From contig DACE01000033.1 of assembly GCA_002494645.1 (NCBI GenBank), forward strand, positions 79,024-143,023: a stretch of DNA of 64,000 bases, given 5' to 3'. Numbering within the stretch: position 1 is the stretch's first letter; each line of letters begins with the position of its first letter. Shown here piece after piece: positions 28,253-37,449 of this stretch. A model generated the notes under the pieces. That model saw nothing but the letters and a program-made list of their open reading frames with translations. It ran no database searches and was not told the origin of the DNA. Origin of the DNA: Euryarchaeota archaeon UBA256 (GTDB lineage Archaea > Thermoplasmatota > Poseidoniia > Poseidoniales > Poseidoniaceae). The position numbers were made by a program, and so were the translations under genes.

Positions 28253-28693
28253 ATGGATTTTGGCCCGATTTACATTGACCACATTGGTATCGCTACGACA
28301 AATCTTGACGAAGGGAGTCGGTTTTGGTCACTTCTTGGTCTGTCGCAAGGTGCTGTAGATGAACGAGTCGAAGATCAGGGAGTAATAACTCGGTTCTTCG
28401 CAACAGACAAAGTAGGGGGGGACGCTCATCCACCCAACATCGAGTTGCTTGAACCAACCGGCGCAGATACGCCGATTGGTAAATTTCTAGAAAAGAGGGG
28501 GGCTGGAATTCAACAACTCTGTTTGAGTGTTTCCAATCTGACGTTATTGCTGGATTATCTTAAGGAAAACAACATCCAATTGATCGATGAAGAACCCCGT
28601 AAAGGAGCTGGTGGCCATTGGATAGCCTTCGTCCACCCTCGTTCAACCGGTGGCGTCTTGGTTGAATTAACACAACGTGAATCAACTTCGTAG
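28253..28693 (+). CDS. mce: methylmalonyl-CoA epimerase (VOC/glyoxalase fold)
   Basis: IDHIGIAT and IELLEP motifs, adjacent to the mutase. ATG 28253 has AGGTGA 5 nt upstream; GTG 28244 is the longer option. Confidence 0.85.
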   Translation: MDFGPIYIDHIGIATTNLDEGSRFWSLLGLSQGAVDERVEDQGVITRFFATDKVGGDAHPPNIELLEPTGADTPIGKFLEKRGAGIQQLCLSVSNLTLLLDYLKENNIQLIDEEPRKGAGGHWIAFVHPRSTGGVLVELTQRESTS

Positions 28694-28718
28694 AACAGAA
28701 TGCCTATAATCGGCCTCG

Positions 28719-29039
28719 GTGAGTTGCTACCTGATGAGGACCTGCGTTGACCAACTTCTTGCGCTACCACACATAGATGCACCCAGGCTCAAAGGCGAAG
28801 TCAGTTATCTGGCGGGTCGCTTAGAACAACTCCGATTGCAACGTTCAATCACCAACGAGGCATATTTGGACGCTGGTGCAATTCAGGGAGCTATTGAAAT
28901 GGTGGCTAACATGATCGATATGGGTGTTGGTCAGACAGAGATTCAAGAACATCTTAGGTCAACATTACAGCGTGCCCAACGTATTGAAAACAAGCATCCT
29001 GGGCTCAATTGGGCCGTTGAATCTGGACGAGCGAGTTGA
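28719..29039 (+). CDS. hypothetical helical protein
   Basis: 106 aa with no motif recognised. The start is uncertain (GTG 28719 or ATG 28734). Confidence 0.4.
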   Translation: MSCYLMRTCVDQLLALPHIDAPRLKGEVSYLAGRLEQLRLQRSITNEAYLDAGAIQGAIEMVANMIDMGVGQTEIQEHLRSTLQRAQRIENKHPGLNWAVESGRAS

Positions 29040-29046
29040 AATTGAT

Positions 29047-29871
29047 ATGGAGCAATCCTTGCTCAGCGTCCGTGATGTGACGAAGTCGTTCGGTGAAATA
29101 GAAGCCTTGTCCCATGTATCACTTGACATTTTTGAAGGCGAGATTATTGGCCTTGTAGGTTCCAATGGCGCAGGAAAGACAACGCTTCTCAGGCTACTTT
29201 CAGGAGTCTACCGGCCATCATCGGGGTCCATAACGCTCGGTAATGGTTCACCTGTATCAGAAAGCCGTCAATATCTTGGAGTTGTACCTGAGAGTACTGG
29301 ATTGTATTCGCGCCTAACTGCATGGGAAAATATTCGTTACCATAGCAGATTGTACGGGGTGAGCGATGATGAAGCATGGAAACGTACCTCATTCTTTGCA
29401 AATCACCTTGGAATGTCAGATTCATTGGGCCGCCATACCAAGGGCTTTTCGCGAGGAATGCGTCAAAAGACCGCTCTCTTGCGAGCACTTGCTCATGCGC
29501 CAAGAGTTCTTTTGCTTGATGAGCCTACAGCTGGACTCGATGTGACAAGCGCAAGAACGGTTCGACAACTGGTTGAAGACCTCGGCAAACAAGGCGGGAC
29601 CGTTGTCTATTCAACCCATCAACTTGCTGAGGCCGAACAAGTCTGCAATAGGATTGTCATCATACACAACGGTGAAGTCCGAGCAGACGGAACCCCTCAA
29701 GAATTGATGGAACGGACCGACACGCAACGACTTGAGGATGCATATGTCAATTTGACACATGACCAAGCTCGTATACGAACGGAAGACGCTAAACCCATGT
29801 CAAAATGGGCGAAGTGGTGGAGAGGGTTATTTACGCCAAAAATACCATTAGGGGTGATTGAGGATGAGTAA
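29047..29871 (+). CDS. ABC transporter ATP-binding protein (ABC-2/NatA-like)
   Basis: Walker A GSNGAGKTT, signature variant FSRGMRQK, Walker B VLLLDEPTAGLD, H-loop STHQL. I chose ATG 29047 because the upstream part of the track ORF overlaps the previous ORF. Confidence 0.9.
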   Translation: MEQSLLSVRDVTKSFGEIEALSHVSLDIFEGEIIGLVGSNGAGKTTLLRLLSGVYRPSSGSITLGNGSPVSESRQYLGVVPESTGLYSRLTAWENIRYHSRLYGVSDDEAWKRTSFFANHLGMSDSLGRHTKGFSRGMRQKTALLRALAHAPRVLLLDEPTAGLDVTSARTVRQLVEDLGKQGGTVVYSTHQLAEAEQVCNRIVIIHNGEVRADGTPQELMERTDTQRLEDAYVNLTHDQARIRTEDAKPMSKWAKWWRGLFTPKIPLGVIEDE

Positions 29872-31081
29872 TTCAGCCCTCCGAATTGGAACCATCGCCA
29901 AGAAAGAATTGGTCGAATTCGTCCGGGATTGGCGAACCATTGTCGCCATTCTCATTATTCCGTTGTTAATGTTCCCACTCCTGTTCATTTTGTTCCCTCT
30001 TCTCCTCGCATCTGAAGCCGCTGAGATGGAGAATGTCATGGTGGAAGTGATCGTTCAGTCCAATGATTTACCCGCAGAATTGGGTTTATCATTCAACGCA
30101 TCCAACATGAATGTCACGTATGAATCACTTTCAGACCACGAATATCTCTCTACGCCTGGGGAGGATCAACAGCGATTGAGAAATTCAACAATTGATGCGA
30201 TTGTACGACTCAGAGGGAATGGAACCGTGCTTGAATATTCAATCCTCTACATGTCAACATCTGAACAAAGTCAGGAAGCGAGAAGCCGTACATATGAAGT
30301 TCTATCACAATGGGAACTAAACGAAACGGAACGACGAATCGTTGCGGCAGGCCTTGATCCGAACGAAACACTGGACCCACTCCAATGGAACGGGGATTTT
30401 GCTGAAAGTGATGTTGCAACACAAGGGGAACAAGCAGGAATGGCTCTCTCCCTGTTCATACCGTTGGTACTTGCAGTATGGACGTTCTCATCTGCCATTC
30501 AACCTTCCATAGATATGACTGCGGGAGAACGTGAACGCGGCACACTTGAAGCCTTGTTGGGTTTACCGTGCAGCCGTATGGAATTACTGTTTGGAAAGTG
30601 GCTTGCTGTTGCGACCATCACTGGCGTAGGCGTCCTCCTGCAAGTTGCAGGGCTCTTGTTTGCGATTGGTTATTTAGCATCGTCAGACCTCATATCCGCA
30701 CCGACGGTTTCACTCGCTGCATTGATGCTCCTCATCGTCGCAGTTCTCCTGTTTGCAATTATGGTCGTTGCTTTTGAACTCGCGCTCGCTATGCGCTCAC
30801 ATAGTGTGAAAGAAGCTGGTTCAATTCTCGGGCCTGCATTGCTCTTGATTCTCTTTCCGGCTCTGTTCACACAGGTCATCAATCTTGATGGAATCGAATC
30901 CTTCTGGTTTGCCATACCCGTCGTGAATGTATTGCTTGCATTGAGGGAATTACTCATGAATCGAATCGTTGGCACCCATATCGTAATTTGGTTGGTCAGT
31001 TCAACCCTATATGCCTTGGGTGCTGCTTTCTATGCTGCTCGCCAGTTCAAACGCGAAGATATTGTCACAAGCCTGTCTTAA
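29864..31081 (+). CDS. ABC-2 type permease (NatB-like)
   Basis: One N-terminal helix, a ~170-aa extracytoplasmic loop, and five C-terminal helices. ATG 29864 overlaps the ATPase stop. Confidence 0.75.
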   Translation: MSNSALRIGTIAKKELVEFVRDWRTIVAILIIPLLMFPLLFILFPLLLASEAAEMENVMVEVIVQSNDLPAELGLSFNASNMNVTYESLSDHEYLSTPGEDQQRLRNSTIDAIVRLRGNGTVLEYSILYMSTSEQSQEARSRTYEVLSQWELNETERRIVAAGLDPNETLDPLQWNGDFAESDVATQGEQAGMALSLFIPLVLAVWTFSSAIQPSIDMTAGERERGTLEALLGLPCSRMELLFGKWLAVATITGVGVLLQVAGLLFAIGYLASSDLISAPTVSLAALMLLIVAVLLFAIMVVAFELALAMRSHSVKEAGSILGPALLLILFPALFTQVINLDGIESFWFAIPVVNVLLALRELLMNRIVGTHIVIWLVSSTLYALGAAFYAARQFKREDIVTSLS

Positions 31082-32661
31082 GCACCAAAGGCAAGCAAAC
31101 TTTCTCGTACAACTTTGAGGATTAGGTCAATTTCTTCACTTGTTATGTTAAAATGTGGAGTAAATCTAAGTGCATTTTTACCGCCATGGATTACGCCCAA
31201 ACCACGTTTCCTGCACCATGGTTCAACAGCGTGCTGACCAACAACGGGGAAGCGGGAAGGTTCGAGTTCTGCACTGCAGAGAAGCCCCGTCCCTTGCACT
31301 TTGGTTATGACATCTGGAAATTCTGCCTGTAAGGTCTTGAGTTTGGCTACAAATTCATCACCGCGGTCTCGGATATTTTGTCTTAAATCAGGCGTAATCC
31401 GGTCGAGAACAGCCACAGCGGTTTCAAGGGCTCGGGGATTGGTTGTCATCGTGTTGCCATAGATTCCAGTTACGTAGAGCGAAGATGCGCGTTCGTTCAT
31501 GCCGAGGACAGAAAGTGGATATTGGCCTGCATTCATTGCTTTCGACCAGGTTTCGAGATCTGGTGCTTCACAATCGGAAAACCCATCATAATCAATGACG
31601 GACAAGGTGCCTTGTCCCCGAATTCCTGCTTGAATTGAATCTACGAGGAGGAGGCTGCCGTGCTCGAGCGTCCGTTGGCGGGCTGCATCGTAGAATTCTC
31701 GCGTGACGCACTGACCTGGGTTCCCCTCACCCTGTACCGGTTCAATGGCGAGTAATTCAATGAAGACACCGTGACGTTCTGCGTGATCGTAAGCAGCATG
31801 CATCGCCTTGACGTCATTAGCAGGAATCAATATGAGGTTATCTCGATTCTGGAAACTGGCCAGGTGAGCATCATATTTCCCTTTACAAGAATGTGACATT
31901 TGAGCGGGGCGGTCTGTACGACCGTGAAATCCTTGCTCAATAGCCATAATTTTGATTGTATGACCCTCATAGCGACCGCCTGGTTGCGTCATCAACTTTG
32001 CATTAACATCAGCGATTCTCAAACTAACTGTGACGGATTCTGAACCACTGTTCATGCAAATGAATTTGTCAAATGGGCAATGCCCGTGGGTATGGCCGAG
32101 CTCTCTGCGAAGCCGTTCCTCCAAGCGCTTTTGAGAAAATGATGCCGTCATGACATTCGCCATGACCCAATTATCCGACATTGAATCAATGATTTCTTGC
32201 GGCCCATGACCCGCCCCGAGCATGCCGTATCCACCGTTGTCATGTACAACTGCTCCGTGAGATGTAATGACCCAAGGACCTCGTGCTGCGATGGCTACAT
32301 ACGGATTCACGGTATCTGGGTTGTAGAAGTTGACAAAACCAGCCTGAAGGTCATGAATGAGTTGATCTTCGGATTGACCGAGATATCGGTCACCGAATTC
32401 CCCACTCAACTCGAGGTAACGCTCGTATCCGTTGGCAATGGCCATTCCGAGTTTAGGATCGTGTTCTAAAAAGAAGAGAATTTCTTCCTTGGATAATCCA
32501 GGAGTCGTTATACCGCCCATTTGAGACCGGATTTCATCCAATGAAGTCAAGGCATCACTTGCGAGCGTGCTTTGCATAACCATATGTCCTTGAAGGACTC
32601 CTTTGAACATTGGCCTCAAAAGCGTTACAGTCGCACTGTTCTTTCTGAACAATAATAGCAT
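31078..32661 (-). CDS. class III (fold-type I) PLP-dependent aminotransferase, long N-terminal region
   Basis: MNSGSESV, GFHGRT, LLLVDSIQAGIRGQG, and a Schiff-base Lys context ETWSKAMN. The start is uncertain because several in-frame Met codons follow. Confidence 0.85.
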   Translation of the reverse strand: MLLLFRKNSATVTLLRPMFKGVLQGHMVMQSTLASDALTSLDEIRSQMGGITTPGLSKEEILFFLEHDPKLGMAIANGYERYLELSGEFGDRYLGQSEDQLIHDLQAGFVNFYNPDTVNPYVAIAARGPWVITSHGAVVHDNGGYGMLGAGHGPQEIIDSMSDNWVMANVMTASFSQKRLEERLRRELGHTHGHCPFDKFICMNSGSESVTVSLRIADVNAKLMTQPGGRYEGHTIKIMAIEQGFHGRTDRPAQMSHSCKGKYDAHLASFQNRDNLILIPANDVKAMHAAYDHAERHGVFIELLAIEPVQGEGNPGQCVTREFYDAARQRTLEHGSLLLVDSIQAGIRGQGTLSVIDYDGFSDCEAPDLETWSKAMNAGQYPLSVLGMNERASSLYVTGIYGNTMTTNPRALETAVAVLDRITPDLRQNIRDRGDEFVAKLKTLQAEFPDVITKVQGTGLLCSAELEPSRFPVVGQHAVEPWCRKRGLGVIHGGKNALRFTPHFNITSEEIDLILKVVRESLLAFGA

Positions 32662-32681
32662 GGTAATACTATGGTAATACT
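32660..32681. repeat. perfect tandem 11-mer (ATGGTAATACT x2) in a divergent promoter region; candidate operator
   Basis: The sequence reads ATGGTAATACT ATGGTAATACT TATAC, 28 nt before the RHH start codon. Confidence 0.8.
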
Positions 32682-32708
32682 TATACGCAGTTGATAGGAG
32701 GAGTCAAC

Positions 32709-32870
32709 GTGCCTAAGATTTCATTGGACATGCCAGCAGAACTGGTCGAAGACCTTCGAAACCATGTGGGAGACGAGAAAAAATTTGTGAGTTTGGCAGA
32801 CGCTGTGCGAACAGCTTGTCGCAAATTGCTCGACCAACTTGATGAAATTGATGCAAGGCACGGACGATGA
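32709..32870 (+). CDS. ribbon-helix-helix (CopG/Arc/MetJ-type) small DNA-binding protein; not in the ORF track
   Basis: 53 codons. GTG is preceded by TAGGAGGAG with a 5-nt spacer. KISLDMPAELVEDLRNHV..SLADAVRTACRKLLDQL fits a strand-helix-helix layout. The stop lies 9 nt before folE. Confidence 0.6.
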   Translation: MPKISLDMPAELVEDLRNHVGDEKKFVSLADAVRTACRKLLDQLDEIDARHGR

Positions 32871-32879
32871 GGGTTCATC

Positions 32880-33455
32880 ATGGCAACAAAGGACGAAGCA
32901 ATGAAGGCTGTCAAAATCCTTCTTGAATACATAGAAGGGGAAAAGTATGTTGAGCGCGAAGGGCTTATGCGGACACCGGAACGTGTTGTTGAATCGTGGG
33001 ATGAAATCTTCGCTGGATACAAGATGGATTCAACAGAGATCTTGGAGGCAACCTTCAACGCTGAAGGATATGATGGAATTGTATTACTCAGGAATATTGA
33101 GTTCACTTCAATGTGTGAGCATCACCTCCAACCTTTTCGCGGACGAGCTCATATCGCCTACATTCCAATTGAACGTATTGCAGGCATCAGTAAACTCGCC
33201 CGTATCCTTGAACTGCATGCGCGACGCTTACAAAATCAAGAGCGTATAACGAAACATATTGCAGATGACCTTGAACGTGAGCTTCACCCATTGGGTACTG
33301 CAGTTATCATTGAAGCCTCGCATGGCTGTATGCAATGTCGTGGCGTAGCAAAACAACAAGCCATCATGACGACCTCTGCTATGAGAGGGGTGTTTTTCGA
33401 ACGTCAAGAGGCACGTGCAGAACTTATGCAACTCATCCAACAGCCAAAACTTTGA
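32880..33455 (+). CDS. folE: GTP cyclohydrolase I
   Basis: CEHHLQPF and HGCMQCRGV motifs. Confidence 0.95.
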   Translation: MATKDEAMKAVKILLEYIEGEKYVEREGLMRTPERVVESWDEIFAGYKMDSTEILEATFNAEGYDGIVLLRNIEFTSMCEHHLQPFRGRAHIAYIPIERIAGISKLARILELHARRLQNQERITKHIADDLERELHPLGTAVIIEASHGCMQCRGVAKQQAIMTTSAMRGVFFERQEARAELMQLIQQPKL

Positions 33456-33463
33456 GGGATTGC

Positions 33464-34123
33464 ATGGATCCAGTTAATTGTCAGCGTTCAGGAAATGAGG
33501 TAGGCGACCAAGCTGAAGACCTTGCTTTTGAATACAACATTGTTGAAATTTTTCACTCTGTTCAGGGCGAAGGCTACAGATCTGGAATTCCCCATGTATT
33601 CATTCGATTCGGAGTATGCAACCTTAGGTGCGAGTGGTGTGATACAAATTTTGACGAATACGAAGTCCTTCCGGCAATCGAAGTCTTGGCGGAGGTTCTC
33701 AAGTACAACACGAAAAATGTGATTTTCACAGGTGGTGAACCCATGCTTAATGATTTGTGGCCACTTGCACGCCTCCTCAAACGAAGAGGATACCATCTTT
33801 CAGTTGAGACCAACGGCACCATTGCCGTTCCTGAAGGATTGATCGATTGGATTTGTGTATCTCCCAAAGACCAGATGTATCCCGGCGTTTCTATTCGACA
33901 ACAAACTGGTGACGAATTGAAATGCGTTTATGTCGGCCAACCCCTGAAAATGTACGATGAATTACGCCAGGGTTTCGATCATTGGTTCCTGCAACCATGC
34001 TATGATGAAAACCAAAGCGTTGAACAAAATGGAACACTGTTCGCCTTGACCGAACAGGTTGTTAAGAACAATCCAGAGTGGAGATTGTCATTACAGACTC
34101 ATAAGTGGATGGGTATATTGTAG
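33464..34123 (+). CDS. queE: 7-carboxy-7-deazaguanine synthase (radical SAM)
   Basis: FHSVQGEG, cluster CNLRCEWCD, and FTGGEP. ATG 33464 is preceded by GAGGGA. Confidence 0.9.
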   Translation: MDPVNCQRSGNEVGDQAEDLAFEYNIVEIFHSVQGEGYRSGIPHVFIRFGVCNLRCEWCDTNFDEYEVLPAIEVLAEVLKYNTKNVIFTGGEPMLNDLWPLARLLKRRGYHLSVETNGTIAVPEGLIDWICVSPKDQMYPGVSIRQQTGDELKCVYVGQPLKMYDELRQGFDHWFLQPCYDENQSVEQNGTLFALTEQVVKNNPEWRLSLQTHKWMGIL

Positions 34124-34134
34124 GGGGGAAAACG

Positions 34135-35289
34135 ATGTATGCAGTGATGGCTCTCAGTGGGGGAATGGATTCAACATCTTTGTTGTTGAACTTGCTCTCA
34201 CGGAACATGACTGTCACATGTCTTAGTTTTGATTACGGTCAAAAGCACAAGATTGAACTTGAACGTGCTACTTCTCTGATCGAATATCTTCGTAGCCATG
34301 CCATCAACGTCCAACACCATACCATTGACCTCACATCAGCAACCGCACTTTTTACTAGTGATTTACTCAAAAGCGGTGACGAAGTACCCAAAGGCCATTA
34401 TGAAGAAGAAAGCATGAAGGCAACGGTCGTGCCAAATCGCAATGCAGTTTTTGCGTCCTTGCTTTACGGTACTGCATTGTCATTGTCAACGGACCATGGT
34501 GAGGATGCCGTAGTCGCTTTGGGAGTACATAGCGGCGACCATGCAATCTATCCAGACTGTAGGCCTGAATTCTATCGCGCAATTGAACACGCCTTTGCAA
34601 TTGGAAATTGGGGGAGTGAACGCATTTCATTTGAACTACCTTATCTCCAAGAAGATAAAGTAGGTATCTTGAACGATGCGATACAATCTATTGAAAAATT
34701 GGGCCTTAATTTTGATGAGGTTTTTCGGCGAACGATAACATCTTACGAACCCGATTCATCGGGTCGGAGCAATGGTAAAACTGGGTCAGATGTGGAACGC
34801 ATTTTGGCCTTTCATGAGATTGGACGGATTGATCCCATCGAATATGTGAGCCCTTGGAATGAAGTACTGGAACATGCATTATCGGTAGAACAACAACACA
34901 GAGATGAGGAATACCGTGAACGTTTGACGCCCCTACAATATCATGTCACGCGTCAACAAGGTACAGAGCATGCCTTTACTGGTGAATACTGGAATGAACA
35001 ACGTGGAGGGGATTATGTATGCATATGTTGTCAGACACTCCTGTTCAAATCGACAATGAAATTTGATTCAGGGTGTGGGTGGCCTTCTTTCCATAGCGAA
35101 CATGAGGAGGCCAACATCAAACGATTGGAGGATCGAACACACGGGATGCTACGTGTTGAGGTGCGATGTGAACGTTGCGACGCTCATTTAGGTCATGTAT
35201 TCAATGATGGCCCGAAACAGTTTGGTGGGGAACGGTATTGTATCAATTCAGCATCGATGATTTTTAGTGAATGGAGTGATGAGAATTGA
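34135..35289 (+). CDS. queC: 7-cyano-7-deazaguanine synthase fused to methionine-R-sulfoxide reductase (QueC-MsrB)
   Basis: N-terminal PP-loop ALSGGMDS and GVHSGDHAIYPDCRPEF. The C-terminal ~125 aa are MsrB/SelR: CICC and CERC zinc pairs, GCGWPSF, and catalytic RYCINS. Confidence 0.9.
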   Translation: MYAVMALSGGMDSTSLLLNLLSRNMTVTCLSFDYGQKHKIELERATSLIEYLRSHAINVQHHTIDLTSATALFTSDLLKSGDEVPKGHYEEESMKATVVPNRNAVFASLLYGTALSLSTDHGEDAVVALGVHSGDHAIYPDCRPEFYRAIEHAFAIGNWGSERISFELPYLQEDKVGILNDAIQSIEKLGLNFDEVFRRTITSYEPDSSGRSNGKTGSDVERILAFHEIGRIDPIEYVSPWNEVLEHALSVEQQHRDEEYRERLTPLQYHVTRQQGTEHAFTGEYWNEQRGGDYVCICCQTLLFKSTMKFDSGCGWPSFHSEHEEANIKRLEDRTHGMLRVEVRCERCDAHLGHVFNDGPKQFGGERYCINSASMIFSEWSDEN

Positions 35290-35735
35290 CGACAATTATC
35301 AGGCGATACGTAGAGACTGATACCGGTCATCGAGTCCCGAATCACAAATCAAAGTGCAAACACCTGCACGGACATCGATATCGATTTGAAGCAGAAATTG
35401 AGGGAGATATCGTTACACAATCCGGCGTTTCTGAAGAGGGGATGTTGATGGATTTCTCTGATATTAGCCATGTCCTTACGGTCTATGTTCACGATGTCAT
35501 TGACCACGCATTTGTCCTCTATGAAGGCGACCACGAGGCTAGGCGGGCTTGCGAAGCAATGGGAGACGGGCACAGGACCGTCATCGTCCCATTCATTCCT
35601 ACTGCAGAAAATCTGGCTAAGTGGGCGTTTGAACAGGTTCAACCACACATACAAACTGCCTATGGCAACCGCTTACAACTCGTGGCAATGCATTGCCGAG
35701 AGACGCCTAAGTCAATGGCAAGTTGGCGACCTTAA
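35286..35735 (+). CDS. queD: 6-carboxy-5,6,7,8-tetrahydropterin synthase
   Basis: CKHLHGHRY and HDVIDHAF. TTG start with GGAGTGA upstream. Confidence 0.9.
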   Translation: MTTIIRRYVETDTGHRVPNHKSKCKHLHGHRYRFEAEIEGDIVTQSGVSEEGMLMDFSDISHVLTVYVHDVIDHAFVLYEGDHEARRACEAMGDGHRTVIVPFIPTAENLAKWAFEQVQPHIQTAYGNRLQLVAMHCRETPKSMASWRP

Positions 35736-36572
35736 TCAGTTCAATTTTCTCCGGTGGTGTTTCTTCCATTCTGGATTCTTAGAACTGAATTGCATCGCAG
35801 TTGTTCCTTCAACCAAGCCACCAATCAATCGCGTGGCTTCATCATCGGTTGGCATGCTTCTTGAGAGGGTGCGCTTCATGGTTTGTTCAAAAGAAAATTT
35901 ACGTTCATCAGACCATGTCAAAGACTCAGCATATTGTTGAATCGCTTTCAAGAGTGTTTGTCGTAATTCAGGAGTCATGAGGCGATCAATAGAGACTATT
36001 TCTGGTAAGCCAGGGTCACTACCCAACGATGTATGGATACGATGCCTCTGAACTTCGTAGAGGATAGCATTAACAGCGTGGCTAAGGTTGGCAATAGGAT
36101 AACCTTCCCAAGTAGGCAATGTCACCAAAAAGTCACACCGTGCCAAATCCTCTGTAGAGAGTCCCTTGCCTTCTTCACCAAAAATAATGGCTGCTTTTTG
36201 ATTGGTATTTTCAAGCCGTTCCACCATTTCCCAAGGATAAACGAAATGACGGAATAATGTCTTATCGCCAACCTCGCGCTTCCCTGAAGTTCCCAACACA
36301 ACGGAGCAATCTTCCGTTGCGTCAGCAATGCTGGAATGGATGGATGCGTTGTCGAGAACTGAGGATGCATGCTTGGCTCGAGCACGGGTGTCTCCATCGT
36401 CAAGTGCACAGTTCGGATGAACCAAGCGTAATTCAGAAAACCCATAATTCAGCATACTTCGGCATATTGCCCCCAAATTACCGGGGTGACTCACTCCTAC
36501 AAGAACGACTGTTATCTCAAATGACCCCTTTGGGAGAGGTATGGATTGACGCTCACCCATTGGATTCACCAT
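35736..36572 (-). CDS. SpoU/TrmH-family RNA 2'-O-methyltransferase, TrmJ-like
   Basis: VVLVGVSHPGNLGAICRSMLNYG, AIIFGEEGKGLS and LPTWEGYPIANLSHAVNAILYE, plus a C-terminal extension. Confidence 0.8.
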   Translation of the reverse strand: MVNPMGERQSIPLPKGSFEITVVLVGVSHPGNLGAICRSMLNYGFSELRLVHPNCALDDGDTRARAKHASSVLDNASIHSSIADATEDCSVVLGTSGKREVGDKTLFRHFVYPWEMVERLENTNQKAAIIFGEEGKGLSTEDLARCDFLVTLPTWEGYPIANLSHAVNAILYEVQRHRIHTSLGSDPGLPEIVSIDRLMTPELRQTLLKAIQQYAESLTWSDERKFSFEQTMKRTLSRSMPTDDEATRLIGGLVEGTTAMQFSSKNPEWKKHHRRKLN

Positions 36573-36786
36573 CGTTTAATTGATTCAAAAATTCAGCAAT
36601 CCAACGTGGATCACAAACTTGGTAGATGAAAAAAAGGAAACCACCATCCACTCTATCGTCCATGACAATGGAACGCTTACGTAAATTGTGTTGCTGACGA
36701 AGGTATCGAATAAGTGCTTCTAAGACCTCTTGGTCGTCGCTATGGACACTTACCGGCATGCGGTCCCAATTGACCCGAACCGGCAA
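36553..36786 (-). CDS. 77-aa hypothetical protein embedded in the ribosomal-protein operon
   Basis: The TTG start has AGGTGA 4 nt upstream. The stop overlaps the methyltransferase start. No family recognised. Confidence 0.5.
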   Translation of the reverse strand: MPVRVNWDRMPVSVHSDDQEVLEALIRYLRQQHNLRKRSIVMDDRVDGGFLFFIYQVCDPRWIAEFLNQLNDGESNG

Positions 36787-36796
36787 TCACTCACCT

Positions 36797-36997
36797 TCAA
36801 TCGGTTCGGCGTTGGCGGTAACGTGTGACGTACCCTGCAATCCAGTTGCGGAGTTTCTTGGAGTTCACGTCAGTGAGTTCAATGACCATCAACTTGTTGT
36901 GGTCAAAGTCTTCTGTGAATTTTTCACCATGTTCTTCGCAAAGGCGAATGGCACGGATTTTGATAAAACTTGGTCGAATATTTCCCATTTTGCTCAC
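36797..36997 (-). CDS. rps17e: ribosomal protein S17e
   Basis: FTEDFDHNK..SKKLRNWIAGYVTR. Confidence 0.85.
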   Translation of the reverse strand: MSKMGNIRPSFIKIRAIRLCEEHGEKFTEDFDHNKLMVIELTDVNSKKLRNWIAGYVTRYRQRRTD

Positions 36998-37269
36998 TCC
37001 TTCATCAATTTGACTTCAATAGGGATGTCAGGTTCGTCGTGGCGTGTTACCAACAATCGGACCTTACGTGGCGGATTTTCAATACCTCGCTTCCATATAT
37101 GTTCGTTGACTTCTTGGTCAATGTAGACTTCTTCATCTTCGCGTACTTTGAGGTGACGAATCACTTGTTCACGGATGATTTGCATGGCCCTTGGCGCACG
37201 CTTGTAGCGAGTGATGTTCCATGCGTTACGCAGTGGGACAATGAGTTCTGATTCATTTGGTCGTGCCAT
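36994..37269 (-). CDS. rpl31e: ribosomal protein L31e
   Basis: IVPLRNAW..RAPRAMQIIREQV..NEHIWKRGIENPPRKVRL. Confidence 0.9.
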   Translation of the reverse strand: MARPNESELIVPLRNAWNITRYKRAPRAMQIIREQVIRHLKVREDEEVYIDQEVNEHIWKRGIENPPRKVRLLVTRHDEPDIPIEVKLMKE

Positions 37270-37280
37270 ATTTCATCACC

Positions 37281-37436
37281 TCATCGTTGGAGTTTACTGC
37301 GTCTCCACTGGTGTCGCTTGGGGTGAGACACCGTATTTCGGTCGGTCTTGAGCATGACCCAAACTGGGACACGCCTGTTCTGCTTTCCAACCTTCATGAG
37401 GCGGATTTTCTTTGCTGCTGGTTTATTCTTTGACAT
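37281..37436 (-). CDS. rpl39e: ribosomal protein L39e
   Basis: 51 aa from an internal ATG: [33 protein letters not shown]. Confidence 0.9.
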   Translation of the reverse strand: MSKNKPAAKKIRLMKVGKQNRRVPVWVMLKTDRNTVSHPKRHQWRRSKLQR

Positions 37437-37449
37437 TTCGAGCACCTTC

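Noticed and set aside
26660-28693. Missing B12-binding small subunit of methylmalonyl-CoA mutase
   Set aside because: Archaeal mutases are commonly split, with the small subunit encoded elsewhere. Its absence from this window says nothing about the pathway.
32681-33106. 141-aa minus-strand ORF (Ser-rich)
   Set aside because: It lies antisense to the well-supported RHH ORF and folE. Its composition is low-complexity, and it has no start context or motif. It is a typical shadow ORF.
32880-35735. Dpd-like 7-deazaguanine DNA-modification / anti-phage island (folE-queE-queC-queD)
   Set aside because: There is no DpdA/TGT-like transglycosylase, helicase or nuclease nearby. The context (TrmJ-like gene, ribosomal operon) fits ordinary tRNA archaeosine precursor synthesis.
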